Assembly: GCA_050953245.1 (NCBI GenBank)
Contig: JBMNMG010000003.1
Location: 111,908 to 175,907, forward strand
Origin: Bacteroidales bacterium
Lineage (GTDB): Bacteria; Bacteroidota; Bacteroidia; Bacteroidales; BM520
Direction: 5' to 3'
Length of the DNA stretch: 64,000 nucleotides
The translations under genes and the position numbers were made by a program. Under the pieces are notes generated by a model. The model searched no databases and was not told the origin of the DNA. It saw only the letters and a program-made list of their open reading frames with translations. Positions within the stretch are counted from its first letter, which is position 1. Each line of letters starts with the position of its first letter. Shown here piece after piece: positions 50,091-59,817 of this stretch.

Positions 50091-51251
50091 ATGAGCAGTA
50101 AAAGAGATTATTACGAAGTCTTAGGCGTATCTAAAGGTGCTTCGGAACAAGAGATAAAGTCGGCATATAGGAAAAAAGCTATTCAATATCACCCTGATAA
50201 AAACCCTGGAGATAAAGAAGCAGAAGAAAAGTTCAAAGAAGCAGCAGAAGCTTACGAAGTTTTAAGTGATCCTAACAAACGTAGCGGATACGATCAATTT
50301 GGTCATGAAGGGTTAAGAGGAGGCGGATTTGGTGGAAGTAGTATGAATATGGAAGATATATTCAGTCGTTTTGGCGATATATTTAGCGGATTTGGAGGTT
50401 TTGGAGGCTTTAGCGATTTTGGCTTCGGAAGTAGTGGAGGAAGAACACAAAGAGTTCATAGAGGAAATGATATTAGAGTTAGATTAGCTTTAACCTTAGA
50501 AGAAATTTCTACAGGTGTAGAAAAGAAGATAAAGGTTAAAAAATACGTTAAATGTAACGAATGTAATGGAAGTGGTGCCGAAAAAGGTTCCGGATACGAA
50601 ACATGTTCTACTTGTAATGGGTCAGGGCAAGTTTCAAAGATATCTAATACTATTTTTGGCCAAATGCAGACTGTAGGAACATGTCCGGCATGTGGCGGTG
50701 TGGGAAAAATTATTCGAAAAAAATGTAATAATTGTGGTGGTGACGGAATAGTAAAAAGTGATGATATAATAAGTGTTAAAATTCCAGCAGGAGTGCAAGA
50801 AGGAATGCAACTAAATATTAATGGAAAAGGCAATGCTGGTCCTATGAATGGGATAAATGGCGATTTACTGGTAATTATAGAAGAAAAACCTCATAATATT
50901 TTTACTAGGGATGGAGACAATATTTTATTAGATAAATTTATCTCTTTTTCGGATGCTGCTTTAGGAACATCTTTAGAAATACCTACATTATCCAATCCGG
51001 TTAGAATTAAAATACCTGCTGGTACTCAATCCGGTAAAGTATTTAGAATTAAAGGGAAGGGACTACCGAGGGTTAATTCATATTCTAAAGGAGACTTGTT
51101 GGTAAGCGTAAATATATGGGTTCCAAAAAGTTTATCTAAAAGTGAAACTAAAACATTAGAAGACTTAAATAAATCTTCTAACTTTCAACCTTCTCCTACT
51201 AAACGTGATAAAGGTTTTTTTGATAAAGTTAAGGATATATACGAAAATTAA
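50091..51251 (+). CDS. dnaJ: Chaperone DnaJ
   Basis: J domain with HPD, G/F-rich region, four CxxCxGxG repeats. Confidence 0.98.
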   Translation: MSSKRDYYEVLGVSKGASEQEIKSAYRKKAIQYHPDKNPGDKEAEEKFKEAAEAYEVLSDPNKRSGYDQFGHEGLRGGGFGGSSMNMEDIFSRFGDIFSGFGGFGGFSDFGFGSSGGRTQRVHRGNDIRVRLALTLEEISTGVEKKIKVKKYVKCNECNGSGAEKGSGYETCSTCNGSGQVSKISNTIFGQMQTVGTCPACGGVGKIIRKKCNNCGGDGIVKSDDIISVKIPAGVQEGMQLNINGKGNAGPMNGINGDLLVIIEEKPHNIFTRDGDNILLDKFISFSDAALGTSLEIPTLSNPVRIKIPAGTQSGKVFRIKGKGLPRVNSYSKGDLLVSVNIWVPKSLSKSETKTLEDLNKSSNFQPSPTKRDKGFFDKVKDIYEN

Positions 51252-51256
51252 TATTT

Positions 51257-51290
51257 TACCGATAAATAATATTTATATTATTTATCGGTA
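51257..51290. terminator. Perfect 16-bp inverted repeat after dnaJ, probable terminator
   Basis: TACCGATAAATAATAT-TT-ATATTATTTATCGGTA. Confidence 0.6.
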
Positions 51291-51331
51291 TTTATTAATT
51301 GTAAAAAATAGAACTAATTACAATTACTAAA

Positions 51332-52285
51332 ATGAGTTTAATTAAAGTTGTTGATGTAAGAAAACAATTTCAAAACCATCTTGCTTTGGATGATGTTTCA
51401 TTTGAAATTGAAAAAGGCCAAGTTTTTGGGTTATTAGGACCTAACGGTGCCGGAAAAACAACATTTATTAGAATTTTAAATCAAATAACTGCTCCTGATA
51501 GTGGTTATATTTTATTCAATGATCAAAAATTAACATCAGAACACATTAAAGACATAGGTTATTTGCCGGAAGAAAGAGGGTTATATAAAAAAATGAAGGT
51601 TGGAGAACAAGCTCTTTATTTAGCAAGGCTTAAAGGTATGTCAAAAAGTGGCACTATTGATGAATTAAAAAAATGGTTTGAACATTTTGAAATATTATCT
51701 TGGTGGAATAAAAAAATAGAAGAATTATCAAAAGGGATGGCTCAAAAAGTTCAATTTATTACTACAGTTATTCATAAACCTAATTTGTTAATTTTTGATG
51801 AACCTTTTAGCGGGTTCGATCCGGTAAATGTTCAAATATTAAAGAACGAAATCTTAAGATTAAGAGATGAAGGTGCTACTGTAATCTTTTCTACTCATAA
51901 TATGTCTTCCGTAGAGGAATTATGTGACAGTATAGTTTTATTAAATAACTCAAAAGTTGTATTAACAGGTAAGGTAGATGATGTTAAAGAAAAATTTAAA
52001 GAAAATAAATTTTCGTTTAAAATAAATGTAAAAGATGATTCTATTAATACAGACTCACTAAGTAATGATCTTAAAATTGAAAATTTAAAAAGAGAAGATA
52101 ATTTAATCTCAGGAATAGTTACCATAGATTCTACTAACCAAGTTTTAAATGACTTCAAAGGTCATTCTAATTATATGTTAAATAAATTGATGGAAATAGG
52201 TGATGTGATTTCATTTAATGAAATTCTTCCTTCGATGAATGATATTTTTATTAATACTGTAACAAAACTAAACAAAGATGAGTAA
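51332..52285 (+). CDS. ABC transporter ATP-binding protein (NatA/YhaQ-like)
   Basis: GPNGAGKT, LSKGMAQK, DEPFSGFD, STH. Confidence 0.92.
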   Translation: MSLIKVVDVRKQFQNHLALDDVSFEIEKGQVFGLLGPNGAGKTTFIRILNQITAPDSGYILFNDQKLTSEHIKDIGYLPEERGLYKKMKVGEQALYLARLKGMSKSGTIDELKKWFEHFEILSWWNKKIEELSKGMAQKVQFITTVIHKPNLLIFDEPFSGFDPVNVQILKNEILRLRDEGATVIFSTHNMSSVEELCDSIVLLNNSKVVLTGKVDDVKEKFKENKFSFKINVKDDSINTDSLSNDLKIENLKREDNLISGIVTIDSTNQVLNDFKGHSNYMLNKLMEIGDVISFNEILPSMNDIFINTVTKLNKDE

Positions 52286-53681
52286 GATAAAATTAATTAT
52301 AGGAAGAGAATACCTTACCAGAGTTAAGAAGAAATCATTTATAATAATGACAATATTAGCTCCTATCCTTTTGCTGTTAGTATATGCTATACCCTTTGTT
52401 GTTGCATATCAGTCAGCAAAAAAATCTGAAAATAAAGAATATAAGATAGGGTTAATAAATGAATCAGGTTTTTATGACGAAGTTTTTACATCTGATAATA
52501 AATATACATACTTAAACTTAGTTGGCAGTTTGGAGGAAAATAAAACATCGCTCGACTCACAAGGCTTGGATTATTTGCTTTATATCCCTAAAACTACTCA
52601 AGCATTACCTGAAAAAGCATTAATCTATAGTAATACTAAAGACAATAGTGTGTTTCAAAATTTTGTTCAGTCTAACATGAAAAAAGAGTTGGATAGAATA
52701 AAATTACAAGCCTCGGGTATTGATCCTGATGTGATTTCTTCTATTAAATCTAATGTTACAGTAGAAACATTTGTTATTAGTAGTGATGGAACAGAAAAAA
52801 AATCTAGCGCAGGTTTTACTACTGCTGTTGGAGCAATATCAGGTCTTCTTATTTATATGTTTATTTTCATGTATGGCTCTCAAGTTATGAGAGGCGTAAT
52901 GGAAGAAAAATCCAATAGAATTGTAGAAATTATCATGTCATCAGTAAAACCATTTCAACTTATGATGGGGAAAATAGTGGGTATTGGCTTGGTAGGATTA
53001 ACACAATTTGTATTGTGGATAGTTCTTTCTTTTGGTTTAATAAGTACATTTTCACTAATTTTTATTGGAAAAGATGCTACGGAAGGAGCTCTTAAAAAAC
53101 AAATAGAATTGAGCTCTACATCTACAAGGTTAAATTCCTTAGATGATTATACTGCAAGTTTAGATTCAATAAATTTAGAAAGTGATGAAGTTGCTTCTGT
53201 GGAAGAAGATGCTGTAAGAGCCGAGTTCGAAAATGCATTAAGTTTAATACATACAATAAACTTTCCTGTATTAATACTATCTTTCTTATTTTACTTTATT
53301 TTTGGGTATTTATTATATGCTGCATTATTTGCTGCGATTGGCGGTGCAGTTGACAACGAGACAGATAACCAACAATTCATGTTGCCAATAACAATACCCC
53401 TTATTTTGCCACTACTATTGTTTGGAAATATTTTAAATGATCCTAATGGTCCGGTATCCACATGGTTATCTATAATTCCATTTACATCTCCGATATCTAT
53501 GATGGCTAGGATTCCATTTGGAGTTCCTATTTGGCAAGCAATATTGTCTATGGGATTACTTGTGTTGTTTTTCATTTTAATAACATGGTTTGCCGGTAGA
53601 ATATATAGGGTAGGTATATTAATGTATGGAAAAAAGGTGACTTGGAAAGAATTATGGAAATGGTTTAGATATAGTAATTAG
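52278..53681 (+). CDS. ABC-2 type permease (NatB/YhaP-like)
   Basis: VMEEKSNRIVE, GKIVGIGLVG, IPFTSP, RIYRVGILMYG. Confidence 0.9.
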   Translation: MSKIKLIIGREYLTRVKKKSFIIMTILAPILLLLVYAIPFVVAYQSAKKSENKEYKIGLINESGFYDEVFTSDNKYTYLNLVGSLEENKTSLDSQGLDYLLYIPKTTQALPEKALIYSNTKDNSVFQNFVQSNMKKELDRIKLQASGIDPDVISSIKSNVTVETFVISSDGTEKKSSAGFTTAVGAISGLLIYMFIFMYGSQVMRGVMEEKSNRIVEIIMSSVKPFQLMMGKIVGIGLVGLTQFVLWIVLSFGLISTFSLIFIGKDATEGALKKQIELSSTSTRLNSLDDYTASLDSINLESDEVASVEEDAVRAEFENALSLIHTINFPVLILSFLFYFIFGYLLYAALFAAIGGAVDNETDNQQFMLPITIPLILPLLLFGNILNDPNGPVSTWLSIIPFTSPISMMARIPFGVPIWQAILSMGLLVLFFILITWFAGRIYRVGILMYGKKVTWKELWKWFRYSN

Positions 53682-53753
53682 AATTTTTTATATACATTAA
53701 TAATATGTATATTTATAAGAAAATATTAAATATTAAAACAAATTAAGTATAGT

Positions 53754-54989
53754 ATGAATTACATTATTAAAAACATCAAGCAATTATTAGGAATAGACAC
53801 TAAGAATATTTCATTTAAAGCAGGTGCTGAAATGGAGCAAATGGAAATTATTAATAATGCCTTTTTAGTTATAGAAAAAGGAAAGATTTCCGATTTTGGA
53901 GAAATGAAATTATTTGATAGAAGTAAATATTCAGATAATTGCGAAGAAATTGATGCTACTAACAGATACGTATTACCTGCATGGTGCGATTCTCATACCC
54001 ATATAGTTTATGCTAATTCCAGAGAAATAGAATATGTAGATAAAATAAAAGGTTTAAGTTATGAGGAGATTGCAAAACGAGGTGGCGGAATATTAAATTC
54101 TGTGGAAAAACTTCATAAAGCATCTGAAGATGAATTGTTTGAAAGTGCTATGGAAAGATTGGAGTTAATGAAATCTTTTGGTACAGGTGCAGCTGAAGTG
54201 AAAAGTGGGTATGGCTTAACTACGGAATCTGAACTTAAGATGTTAAGAGTTATTAAACGTTTAAAGGAAGAAAGCGATTTAACTATTAAATCTAATTTTT
54301 TAGGTGCCCATTCAATTCCGATGGAGTATAGAGGTAAACAAGAAGAGTACGTAGATTTAATAATTGATGAAATGTTACCTGCAGTTGCAGAAGAAAATTT
54401 AGCTGATTTTGTTGATGTTTTTTGTGATAAAGGTTTCTTTACAGTAGAAGATACTGATAGAATATTATCTGCAGCTTCAAAATATGGTATAAGGGCAAAA
54501 ATTCATGCTAATGAATTAGATTATTCGGGTGGTATTCAAGTAGGAGTTAAACATAATGCATTATCTGTAGATCATATAGAATATACCGGTGATGAGGAAA
54601 TAGAAGTATTAAAAGGTTCCAAGACGATGCCAACCATATTACCGGGTGCAGCATTCTTTTTAAATATGGTTTATGCACCTGCCAGAAAGATGATACAAGC
54701 CGGTTTACCTATTGCAATGGCTTCTGATTTTAACCCTGGTTCTTCTCCATCGGGAAATATGCAATTAATTATCTCTATGGCAAGTGTAAATTACAAATTA
54801 ACTCCTATAGAAGCATTGAATGCTATTACTATAAATTCTGCATATGCTATGGGAGTTGAAAAGGAATTAGGTACAATTACAAAAGGTAAAATAGGAAATG
54901 TATTAATTACTAAACCAATTCCTTCTGTAGAGTATATTCCATATGCATATGGTGAAAATAAAATAGAAAGAGTAATATTAAATAAATAA
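53754..54989 (+). CDS. hutI: Imidazolonepropionase
   Basis: DSHTH, EVKSGYGL, FLGAH, KIHANE, ASDFNPGS. Confidence 0.95.
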   Translation: MNYIIKNIKQLLGIDTKNISFKAGAEMEQMEIINNAFLVIEKGKISDFGEMKLFDRSKYSDNCEEIDATNRYVLPAWCDSHTHIVYANSREIEYVDKIKGLSYEEIAKRGGGILNSVEKLHKASEDELFESAMERLELMKSFGTGAAEVKSGYGLTTESELKMLRVIKRLKEESDLTIKSNFLGAHSIPMEYRGKQEEYVDLIIDEMLPAVAEENLADFVDVFCDKGFFTVEDTDRILSAASKYGIRAKIHANELDYSGGIQVGVKHNALSVDHIEYTGDEEIEVLKGSKTMPTILPGAAFFLNMVYAPARKMIQAGLPIAMASDFNPGSSPSGNMQLIISMASVNYKLTPIEALNAITINSAYAMGVEKELGTITKGKIGNVLITKPIPSVEYIPYAYGENKIERVILNK

Positions 54990-55028
54990 TTAATAAAACA
55001 ATAAGAAAAATAAAAATATTATATAAAA

Positions 55029-56729
55029 ATGAGAAAAATAATCGAATGTGTTCCTAATTTCAGTGAAGGGAACGATATGACTATTATCGGTAAAATAACT
55101 GATGAAATAAAATCTGTAGAAGGTGTTAAACTTTTAGATGTTGATCCTGGAAAAGCAACTAATAGAACTGTTGTTACTTTTGTTGGAGAACCTGAATCTG
55201 TTATAGAAGCAGCTTATAGGGCTATAAAAAAAGCCGGTGAATTAATAGATATGAGTAAACATCATGGCGAGCACCCAAGATTTGGTGCAACAGATGTATG
55301 TCCTTTAGTTCCTATATCTAATATTACATTAGAAGAAACAGCAGAATATGCTCATAAATTAGCAAAGAGGGTGGGTGAAGAATTAGAGATACCTGTTTAT
55401 TGTTATGAGGCAGCTGCTTTTGAACCTAAAAGAAAAAACTTAGCAAATTGTAGAGCCGGTGAATATGAGGGGTTAAGAGAAAAATTAGTAAATCCCGAAT
55501 GGAAACCGGATTTTGGACCTGCAGAATTTAATTCTAAAGTTGCAAAAATAGGTGTAACTGCTGTAGGTGCACGTAACTTTTTAGTAGCATATAACATCAA
55601 CTTAAACACTACTTCGGTACGTAGAGCTAATGCGATTGCTTTTGATGTTCGTGAAAAAGGTAGAGTTAAAAGAGAAGGAGATAAATTGACAGGTAAACCT
55701 ATTTTAGATGAAAAAGGTAAGAAAGTTTATACTCCAGGAACATTGAAATCTGTAAAAGCAATCGGTTGGTATATTGAGGAATACGGAATTGCTCAAATTT
55801 CTATGAACTTAACGGATATTACTATTACTTCTGTCCATGAAGCTTTCGAAGAAGTTTGTAAAAAAGCTAATGATAGAGGTATTAGAGTTACCGGATCGGA
55901 ATTAGTTGGTTTAGTTCCATTACAAGCAATTTTAGATGCTGGTAAATACTTCTTAAGAAAACAACAACGTTCTGTTGGAATTTCCGATGAAGAAATAATT
56001 AAAATTGCCGTTAAATCGCTTGGTTTAGATGATTTAGCCCCATTTGATCCTAAAAAGAAAATTATCGAATACGTTATGGAAGACGATGACGTGGAAAAGC
56101 TAATAGATATGAACTTAAAAGAGTTCGCAAACGAAACTGCAAGTGAATCTCCTGCTCCTGGTGGTGGATCTATTTCTGCTTATATGGGAGCATTAGGAGC
56201 TGCATTAGATAATATGGTTGCTAACTTATCCTCTCATAAACGTGGTTGGGATGACAGATGGGAAGAATTCTCCGATTGGGCTGAAAAAGCTAAATATTAT
56301 ATGGTTGAATTAATAAAAATGGTAGACGAGGATACTAATTCATTTAATAAAATTATTGAAGCATTTGGATTACCTAAAAAAACAGAGGAAGAAAAATTAA
56401 TCCGTACACAAGCAATACAAGATGCTACAAAACATGCTATTGAAGTTCCATTCAAAATAATGAACTTATGTTATGAATCTATGGAAGTTTCTAAAGCTAT
56501 GGCAGAATTAGGAAATCCAAATTCCGTAACAGATGCCGGTGTTGGAGCATTAGCTGCAAGAGCTGGCGTAAGAGGTGCTTTTTACAATGTTAAAATAAAT
56601 GCTCAAAGTTACGATGATAAGGACTTTGTTAATGAAATTATCTCTAAAGGGAACGAAATTTGCAGAAAAGCTGAAGAGTTGGAGAATGAAATATTAAAAA
56701 TTGTAGATTCTAAATTAGAAAATTTATAA
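55029..56729 (+). CDS. ftcD: Fused glutamate formimidoyltransferase / formimidoyltetrahydrofolate cyclodeaminase
   Basis: N-terminal IECVPNFSEG and HPRFGATDVCP; C-terminal ASESPAPGGGS and GNPNSVTDAGVG. Confidence 0.93.
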   Translation: MRKIIECVPNFSEGNDMTIIGKITDEIKSVEGVKLLDVDPGKATNRTVVTFVGEPESVIEAAYRAIKKAGELIDMSKHHGEHPRFGATDVCPLVPISNITLEETAEYAHKLAKRVGEELEIPVYCYEAAAFEPKRKNLANCRAGEYEGLREKLVNPEWKPDFGPAEFNSKVAKIGVTAVGARNFLVAYNINLNTTSVRRANAIAFDVREKGRVKREGDKLTGKPILDEKGKKVYTPGTLKSVKAIGWYIEEYGIAQISMNLTDITITSVHEAFEEVCKKANDRGIRVTGSELVGLVPLQAILDAGKYFLRKQQRSVGISDEEIIKIAVKSLGLDDLAPFDPKKKIIEYVMEDDDVEKLIDMNLKEFANETASESPAPGGGSISAYMGALGAALDNMVANLSSHKRGWDDRWEEFSDWAEKAKYYMVELIKMVDEDTNSFNKIIEAFGLPKKTEEEKLIRTQAIQDATKHAIEVPFKIMNLCYESMEVSKAMAELGNPNSVTDAGVGALAARAGVRGAFYNVKINAQSYDDKDFVNEIISKGNEICRKAEELENEILKIVDSKLENL

Positions 56730-56807
56730 TATTTTAGGAAAAAAGTTAAAATTATCCTTCGTTTGATAAAAAAAATATTAAATATAAAGTTTTTATAAAA
56801 AAAATAT

Positions 56808-56815
56808 TATATTTG
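56808..56815 (+). promoter_or_regulatory. -7 promoter element for the OmpA-family gene
   Basis: TATATTTG ~85 nt before the ATG. Confidence 0.5.
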
Positions 56816-56900
56816 CATAGTAATAGTATTTTTTTACAAAAACAAAGTAAGGAAAAATTAAGATTAGATATAGAGAAATAACTAACATTATTAAAAGGAT

Positions 56901-58067
56901 ATGAAAAAAATCAGTATTAAAAAAATTAATTTATTAGTAATTTTCACAATTTTAAGTTGTGGTCTGTTTGCACAAGTGGCTACAGAGGATGTTTCTTATG
57001 GTCCTGTGTATTTGAAAAATAAGGCTTCTCATAATTGGTTTTTACAATTAGGTGGTGGAGTTAATACTTATTTAGAGTCATTAAATCAATTTAATTCAGA
57101 ATTATTAGGATGGCAAGCAGAATTAGGTTTCGGTAGATGGATATCTCCTGCATGGGGAGGTAGACTTGTACTTGAAGGTGGTCAATTTGCATTAAGCGAA
57201 GATAATGATAATACAGGAAAATGGTTAGGTGGACATTTTGATGTAATGTTTAACATTATTGATGCTATTAATTACAATCCCAAAAGAGTATATAGCTTAA
57301 TTCCATATGCTGGAGTAGGTTATATGTATGGTATGGATGAATGGTTCAAACTTCCTAATCCAGATAATCCTGTATTTAAAGGTCAAAATCAAACATTGAT
57401 GTTTAATGTGGGATTACATAATAATTTCCGTTTTGGAAGAACAGTTAATATGTATTTAGATGTAGCATATAAAATGTTTGATAGTGATTTCAATAATTAT
57501 TATGATGGTGATTATGACTATGATGGTATGTTAACTGCCACATTAGGTTTTAAATTCGATATGGGAGGTAGAAAAGAATTTATTCCTGCAGAAATAAAAG
57601 ATCAAAATGAAATCGATAGGTTAACTAATCAAATCAATAAGTTAACTGAAGAAAATGAGGAATTAAGATTACGTCCTGAATATTGTCCAGAATGTCCTGA
57701 AGTTCCGGAATGTCCAGAAGTTGAAACTACAACAACTAACAATATTTATGTTCCTGGTATAGTATTCTTTAGAATAGATTCCTATAACATTGATAGAAAT
57801 CAACATGGAGATGTTTATAACATAGCTAAATATTTACAAGATAATCCGGAAACTAAAGTAACAGTAGTTGGATATGCCGATAGAAACACAGGTACATCAT
57901 CTTACAACATGGAGTTATCTAAGAAACGTGCTAATGCTGTAGCAAACTTACTAACTAAAGAATATGGAATTGACGAAAACAGAATTACTGTAGAATGGAA
58001 AGGTTCAGATGAACAACCATATAGTGAAAATTCTTGGAACAGAGTAGTAATATTCTATATTGAGTAG
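56901..58067 (+). CDS. OmpA-family outer membrane protein (Pgm6/7-like)
   Basis: Signal peptide, beta-barrel N domain, CPECPE linker, C-terminal VVGYAD...LSKKRA...WNRVV. Confidence 0.9.
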   Translation: MKKISIKKINLLVIFTILSCGLFAQVATEDVSYGPVYLKNKASHNWFLQLGGGVNTYLESLNQFNSELLGWQAELGFGRWISPAWGGRLVLEGGQFALSEDNDNTGKWLGGHFDVMFNIIDAINYNPKRVYSLIPYAGVGYMYGMDEWFKLPNPDNPVFKGQNQTLMFNVGLHNNFRFGRTVNMYLDVAYKMFDSDFNNYYDGDYDYDGMLTATLGFKFDMGGRKEFIPAEIKDQNEIDRLTNQINKLTEENEELRLRPEYCPECPEVPECPEVETTTTNNIYVPGIVFFRIDSYNIDRNQHGDVYNIAKYLQDNPETKVTVVGYADRNTGTSSYNMELSKKRANAVANLLTKEYGIDENRITVEWKGSDEQPYSENSWNRVVIFYIE

Positions 58068-58094
58068 TAAATAATCAAATAGACTATATTATTG

Positions 58095-58120
58095 AAAAGG
58101 GTACAAGTTTGTACCCTTTT
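58095..58120 (+). terminator. Intrinsic terminator after the OmpA gene
   Basis: AAAAGGGTAC-AAGTTT-GTACCCTTTT. Confidence 0.85.
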
Positions 58121-58215
58121 TCAATTTAATAATTAATGTTTTACTCTATTATTTTTGAATAATTAAAAAAAATAAAAAATTTTTAAGAAAATGTTGTTTT
58201 ATTAAAAAAATGTAT

Positions 58216-58223
58216 TATCTTTG
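58216..58223 (+). promoter_or_regulatory. -7 promoter element for tRNA-Asp
   Basis: TATCTTTG with GTTG 19 nt upstream. Confidence 0.6.
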
Positions 58224-58277
58224 CATCGTCATTTTTGAAAAACAGAAATGATTATTCAAGTTCTTAAGTGAAAAAAC

Positions 58278-58352
58278 GGTTCGGTAGTTCAGTTTGGTTA
58301 GAATACCTGCCTGTCACGCAGGGGGTCGCGAGTTCGAGCCTCGTCCGGACCG
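58278..58352 (+). tRNA. tRNA-Asp(GTC), CCA not encoded
   Basis: Acceptor stem GGTTCGG/CCGGACC, anticodon arm CCTGC-CTGTCAC-GCAGG, T arm GCGAG-TTCGAGC-CTCGT, discriminator G. Confidence 0.97.
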
Positions 58353-58373
58353 CAAAACTACTTCAAAAAATTT

Positions 58374-58408
58374 AAAAACGTGTTCATTAATTTGTTCACG
58401 TTTTTTTT
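58374..58408 (+). terminator. Probable terminator after tRNA-Asp
   Basis: AAAAACGTG/CACGTTTTT stem followed by a T8 run. Confidence 0.6.
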
Positions 58409-58540
58409 ATGTCTTTATTTAAACATATATTTCACCATTTATTGTTTATAATATGTTTAACAACTAAAAACAAAATTCATTCTTTTATAACATAATATTC
58501 ATATCTTTGTATCATGTGTTAAGTAAGTAACTTGTTTTTT

Positions 58541-59758
58541 ATGAGAATTTTTCATACTTCAGATTGGCATTTGGGACAGTCTTTTTTTGGGTACGATAGA
58601 ACTAAAGAACATATATTATATTTACAGTGGTTAATAAGATTTGTTAAAGAACAAAAAGTAGATATCTTATTAGTGACAGGAGATGTTTTTGATTCGTCTA
58701 ATCCATCAGCAGAGTCTCAAAGTATTTACTATTCTTTTTTACATAAAATTACTCAACAAAATAAAGATTTACAAATAATAATTATTGCTGGCAATCATGA
58801 TTCAGCAGCTCGATTAGAGGCTCCAAACGCCTTATTGAGAGAAATGAATGTATTTGTTAGAGGATCTGTCAAAAAGGATGAAAATAATGACATTAAATTA
58901 GACGATTTAATAATACCTATTAAAATAAATGATAATATTGAAGCTGTTTGCTTAGCCGTTCCTTATATTCGTCTGGGAGATTATCCACCATCTAACAGTT
59001 ATTCTGAAGGTGTTGAAAAGTTGTTCGATTTATTATACAATAAAGCATTAAGTTATAATAAGCCTATTATAGCAATGGGACATTTATATGCAAATCAAGC
59101 AAGTTTATCAGATGATGACAGAAGTGAAAGAATATTAATAGGTGGAGTTGATAGTGTTGGTTTTAATACATTTAATAAAGGAATTGCATACACAGCATTG
59201 GGCCATTTACATCGTCCTCAAAAGGTTTTCAATAGAGATAATATCAGGTATGCCGGAAGTCCCATTCATATGTCTTTTGCTGAAAAAACATATGATCATG
59301 GGGGGGTATTGGTTGAAATTCTAAACTCTAACAAAGTTAATATTAATCCAATAAAATATACTCCTACGGTAGATATGATATCTATAGTAGCTAAAACAGT
59401 TGATGAAGCTATTGAAAAAATAAAAGCTATTCCCAATTTTAGAGAAATAAATAAAGATTTCTTACCATTTTTAGAAGTCAAAATACATATTTCGGAGCCT
59501 GAACCGTTATTGGCTAAAAAAATCAAAGATGAATTAGAAAAAAAAGATGTTCGATTAACTAAAATTGAATCTATTTTACCAAAGAAAAAAAACGACATAA
59601 ATAATAATAAAATTTTAACTTTAGATAGTTTTAATAGTATAAGTCCAATGAAAATAGCATTAGACGTTTATAATAAACAATATAATACTGTTATGCCTTC
59701 TGAAATGAAAAAGTTACTAGAATCAGTAATAAACGAAATTACTTTAGATAATATTTAG
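58541..59758 (+). CDS. sbcD: Exonuclease SbcCD subunit D
   Basis: HTSDWHLG, GDVFD, AGNHDS, LGHLH, RYAGSP. ATG at 58541; TATCTTTG promoter element at 58502-58509. Confidence 0.96.
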   Translation: MRIFHTSDWHLGQSFFGYDRTKEHILYLQWLIRFVKEQKVDILLVTGDVFDSSNPSAESQSIYYSFLHKITQQNKDLQIIIIAGNHDSAARLEAPNALLREMNVFVRGSVKKDENNDIKLDDLIIPIKINDNIEAVCLAVPYIRLGDYPPSNSYSEGVEKLFDLLYNKALSYNKPIIAMGHLYANQASLSDDDRSERILIGGVDSVGFNTFNKGIAYTALGHLHRPQKVFNRDNIRYAGSPIHMSFAEKTYDHGGVLVEILNSNKVNINPIKYTPTVDMISIVAKTVDEAIEKIKAIPNFREINKDFLPFLEVKIHISEPEPLLAKKIKDELEKKDVRLTKIESILPKKKNDINNNKILTLDSFNSISPMKIALDVYNKQYNTVMPSEMKKLLESVINEITLDNI

Positions 59759-59817
59759 ATTGTTATATTATTTACATTTTATAAAAATAGTAAAACAAAA
59801 CTATAAAAAAATAATTA

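Noticed and set aside
58278-58352. tRNA-Asp as an integration site
   Set aside because: No duplicated tRNA 3' end and no integrase; the neighbours are housekeeping genes.
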